Assembly (NCBI GenBank): GCA_043779265.1
Contig: JAYWEM010000147.1
Location: 1-17,953 of the forward strand
Direction: 5' to 3'
DNA length: 17,953 nt
Origin: a bacterium
Lineage (GTDB): Bacteria > Eisenbacteria > RBG-16-71-46
Below, piece by piece: positions 15,240 to 17,953 of this stretch (within the stretch, counting starts at the first letter, position 1; every line of letters begins with the position of its first letter). The notes below the pieces were generated by a model. The model saw only the letters and a program-made list of their open reading frames with translations, was not told where the DNA came from and did not search any database. The position numbers and the translations under genes were made by a program.

Positions 15240-15492
15240 GGTGGCCTCTATCGCGGGGCGGGGGCCGCCGCGGATGCCGCCCGAGTGGGGCGGCCGGATG
15301 GGTCGGGAGCAGGGTCGGCGACATGCCGCACCCGTGTTCGCGACGATAGCGCAACCGCGACGAGGAAGTCAGCGGCCAATACAGGGCCGTCGGTCACGCC
15401 TCGGCAGTGGCCGCGTAAGCGAGACGGCGGAACGGAGCGCTCCCAGACGCCTGACACGAAACGACCGGGAACTCTCACATCCAGAGGTGCTC

Positions 15493-16401
15493 ATGATTCC
15501 GGCTCCCCGCCCGCTGATGCGGGCCTCATTGGCCGTGCTCGCTTTGTCCGTTGTCCTGCTCGCCGGGTGCGGCGGCCAGGGTTCCCCGCTCAGCCCCGCT
15601 GTCACCACGCCGGGCGAACTGGCGCCCGGCACCGACCTCGCCGCCACCATCGAATCCGAGTCCGATGATGCGGACGAAGTGCCATCGTGGGCGACTCCGA
15701 TCCACGGTCCGACGATTATCGATGCGCCGGGCGTCTACAAAGTGGTGAAGGACATCGGAGCCGACCCCGCGACCGGCGTCGCCATCACCATCCGAGCGAG
15801 CGGCGTGTTGCTCTCGCTGGGCGGGCACACGCTGACGGGGCCCGGGAACAAGCAGGGTCGCGCGATCGTGATCGAGAATGCACGGCACGTCCGGGTCGCC
15901 AACGGACGGATCGAGCGATTCGGGGTCGGGGTCGAGATGAACGGCGTCGAGAAGAGCGCGGTGCGCGGGCTGTGGATCCGTGGCGGCGACGAGACCGCGG
16001 ATCCGGCCAACGGCAATCCGCCCCAGATCGGCGTGATGCTGGTGAACAGCGCGTTCAATCGCGTCGCACGAGTGGAGGCTCGCGGAGTCAATCTGGGGCT
16101 GTTCATCCGGGGCGAGGGTTCGTACTCCAACGTCCTGCGCCGTAACACGGTCGTCGCCGGTGACCACGGGCTGCTGGCGATCTGCTACAACCCGGCCGCC
16201 GGAGCGGGCCAAGCGGGTCCGCAGAGGGACCTGGTCGAGCGCAATCGGCTCTCGCGGTTCGGCATCGGGATCCAGACGAGCGCGGGTTCGCAGAATAACG
16301 TGTTCCGCAGGAACGTCATCGACTACTTCGTGGCTCCCTACGAGGATCTGAACGGGACCAACGTGTTTCGCGATAACGTCACGCAGCAGCTGACGCGCTG
16401 A
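15493..16401 (+). CDS. Lipoprotein with right-handed parallel beta-helix (pectin-lyase-like/NosD-like) domain
   Basis: AGAGGTG RBS then ATG at 15493; lipobox LLAGC (Cys26); PTIIDAPGVYKV, AITIRASGVLLSLGGHTLTG, V.NG.I..FGVGV and repeated G-I/x-N-x-N beta-helix turns. Confidence 0.85.
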   Translation: MIPAPRPLMRASLAVLALSVVLLAGCGGQGSPLSPAVTTPGELAPGTDLAATIESESDDADEVPSWATPIHGPTIIDAPGVYKVVKDIGADPATGVAITIRASGVLLSLGGHTLTGPGNKQGRAIVIENARHVRVANGRIERFGVGVEMNGVEKSAVRGLWIRGGDETADPANGNPPQIGVMLVNSAFNRVARVEARGVNLGLFIRGEGSYSNVLRRNTVVAGDHGLLAICYNPAAGAGQAGPQRDLVERNRLSRFGIGIQTSAGSQNNVFRRNVIDYFVAPYEDLNGTNVFRDNVTQQLTR

Positions 16402-16452
16402 GCGTCACGCGATCTCACGACGGACGCAGCGGCGGCTCGAGCCGTCGCCGCG

Positions 16453-17952
16453 TCAGGTCGTGGGCGCGGAGAGTGCCGCTCGGACGCTTTCGAGCAACTG
16501 CGTCGGCGTCCATGGCTTCGGAAGGAAGGCCGTGGCACCCTCGAGTCCCTTGGCCTCACTCGGGGCGAAGCCGCTCGAGATGATCACCGGGACGCCAGGA
16601 GCGATCGACTTGAGCTGATGCAGCACGTCCGCTCCACTGCGGCCGGGCATCACCATGTCGAGCAGAACGAGCGAGATGCGATCGCTGTTGGCGCGCGCGA
16701 GCCGCAAGGCCACTTCGCCATCCGTCGCGACCACGACGCGGAACCCGGCGGATTCGAGTGCGGTGGTGGCGAGATCGCGGACAATCGCCTCGTCGTCCGC
16801 GATGAGCACCAGCTCCCCGTTGGCGAGTTGGATACCGGTTGTGCGCTCCGCGGGCGTCGGCGCTTCGGCCTCATCAGCAGCAGGCAGGTAGACGCGGAAC
16901 GTGGTCCCGCGCTCCAGCTCGCTGTCCACCTCGATCCAACCATGATGCTTACGCACGATTCCGTAGGCCATCGCAAGACCAAGCCCGGTGCCGACGCCGA
17001 CGGGCTTGGTGGTGAAGAACGGCTCGAAGATGCGAGGCAGGACATCGGGTGCGATGCCCGCGCCATCGTCCTCGACGCGCATCTCCAGATGACGGCCCGG
17101 CTTGACGTCGTCGTACCGGACGTCGGGCTCCTGCAGTTCGACCATGTCGAGGCGCACGCGGATGCGGCCGCCCTCGGGCATCGCGTCGCGGGCATTGATG
17201 CAGAGATTGAAGAGCACCTGCTGCGCCTGCACCGGGTCGACGAATGCAGCCGGGATCCCGCTCGCCGCGCTCGCTTCCATCTGCACCGTGCTCGGCAGCA
17301 TGCGGCGGAGCAGCTCGATGGACTCGTGCACGACGCGCTCGAGATCCGTGGCCCTCGGATGGCTTTCCAGCTGCCGACTGAACGCCAGCAGCCCACGGGT
17401 CAGTTCGGCGCACCGGTGTGCGGCCCGGCGAGCGACGCGCAGGTGGTGGGAGCGCGGGTCGTCGGCTGCCATCTCGTCCTCGACCAGGGCGATGTGGCCG
17501 ATGACGCCGGTGAGGGCGTTATTGAAATCGTGCGCGATGCCGCCAGCGAGCGTGCCGACCGTCTCCATCTTCTGGGCCTGACGGTACTGCTCTTCGAGCG
17601 CGCGCTGCTCGGTGATGTCATCCATCGTGCCGTACATGCGGGCGGGGCGGCCGTCCTCGAACTCGAAGAAGCCCCGGTCGCGGATCACGATCCAGTGTCC
17701 CACTCCGTGCCGGAAACGGTATTCCTCGTTGAACGACTCGCCCGTCAGGAGCACGCGCTCGAGGTAGCGGTTGACCCGGTCACGGTCATCGGCATGCACG
17801 CGCTCGAGCCAGTAGGCCCACTCGGTGTCGAGATCGCGGAAGGCCTCGTGCCCGAGCACTTTGAGGAAGTTGCCGCTGCGGCGCACGGTGCGATTCACCA
17901 TGTCCCACTCGAAGACGATCTGACCGGTCGCGACCGCCACCTTCTCGTAACG
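16453..17952 (-). CDS. Partial PAS-domain hybrid sensor histidine kinase/response regulator (CckA-like architecture)
   Basis: Frame open to the right edge ([17 protein letters not shown]); PAS/PAC (VHADDR, EEYRF, DDITEQ); H-box [20 protein letters not shown]-box [11 protein letters not shown]1 DDGAGI; F-box FEPFFTTK; G2 GTGLGL; REC domain (IADDE, LLDMVMP, FLPKP). Confidence 0.95.
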   Translation of the reverse strand, partial: RYEKVAVATGQIVFEWDMVNRTVRRSGNFLKVLGHEAFRDLDTEWAYWLERVHADDRDRVNRYLERVLLTGESFNEEYRFRHGVGHWIVIRDRGFFEFEDGRPARMYGTMDDITEQRALEEQYRQAQKMETVGTLAGGIAHDFNNALTGVIGHIALVEDEMAADDPRSHHLRVARRAAHRCAELTRGLLAFSRQLESHPRATDLERVVHESIELLRRMLPSTVQMEASAASGIPAAFVDPVQAQQVLFNLCINARDAMPEGGRIRVRLDMVELQEPDVRYDDVKPGRHLEMRVEDDGAGIAPDVLPRIFEPFFTTKPVGVGTGLGLAMAYGIVRKHHGWIEVDSELERGTTFRVYLPAADEAEAPTPAERTTGIQLANGELVLIADDEAIVRDLATTALESAGFRVVVATDGEVALRLARANSDRISLVLLDMVMPGRSGADVLHQLKSIAPGVPVIISSGFAPSEAKGLEGATAFLPKPWTPTQLLESVRAALSAPTT

Positions 17953-17953
17953 G

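Noticed and set aside
15276..15294. Hairpin GCCGCCC-GAGTG-GGGCGGC upstream of ricT
   Set aside because: A 7-bp GC-only stem with no U-tract is expected by chance in GC-rich DNA.
14632..15492. N-terminal extension of the 589-aa ORF (likewise the extended starts at 3426, 7779, 10307 and 14757)
   Set aside because: They overlap well-supported genes or promoter regions; internal starts with RBS, stop/start coupling or signal peptides fit better.

Overview
GC-rich bacterial DNA, densely coding, with no rRNA/tRNA, CRISPR array or mobile element visible. Left to right: (1) the 5' end of a minus-strand membrane-anchored protein running off the left edge, behind a sigma28-like promoter; (2) a compact five-gene plus-strand operon (531-5356) encoding two atypical alpha/beta-hydrolase-fold proteins (Arg and Cys at the nucleophile position), an L-prolyl-PCP dehydrogenase, a stand-alone proline-type adenylation enzyme and a free carrier protein; (3) a minus-strand metG-tatD-TPR/CHAT protease unit, with the CHAT gene split by a 1-nt frameshift; (4) a plus-strand ECF sigma / anti-sigma / ABC exporter operon; (5) minus-strand ricT (PSP1) plus a DUF3298-type lipoprotein; (6) a beta-helix lipoprotein; (7) the 3' part of a PAS hybrid histidine kinase. 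The best candidate for an undescribed system is operon (2). It looks like a pyrrole/pyrroline-carboxyl-carrier module with no PKS, NRPS or halogenase, wired instead to a Cys-acyltransferase/pseudo-hydrolase pair resembling the exosortase-A-associated hydrolases 1 and 2. It could therefore be a stand-alone pyrrolyl-transfer system. All family assignments come from motif recognition by eye; no database search was run.
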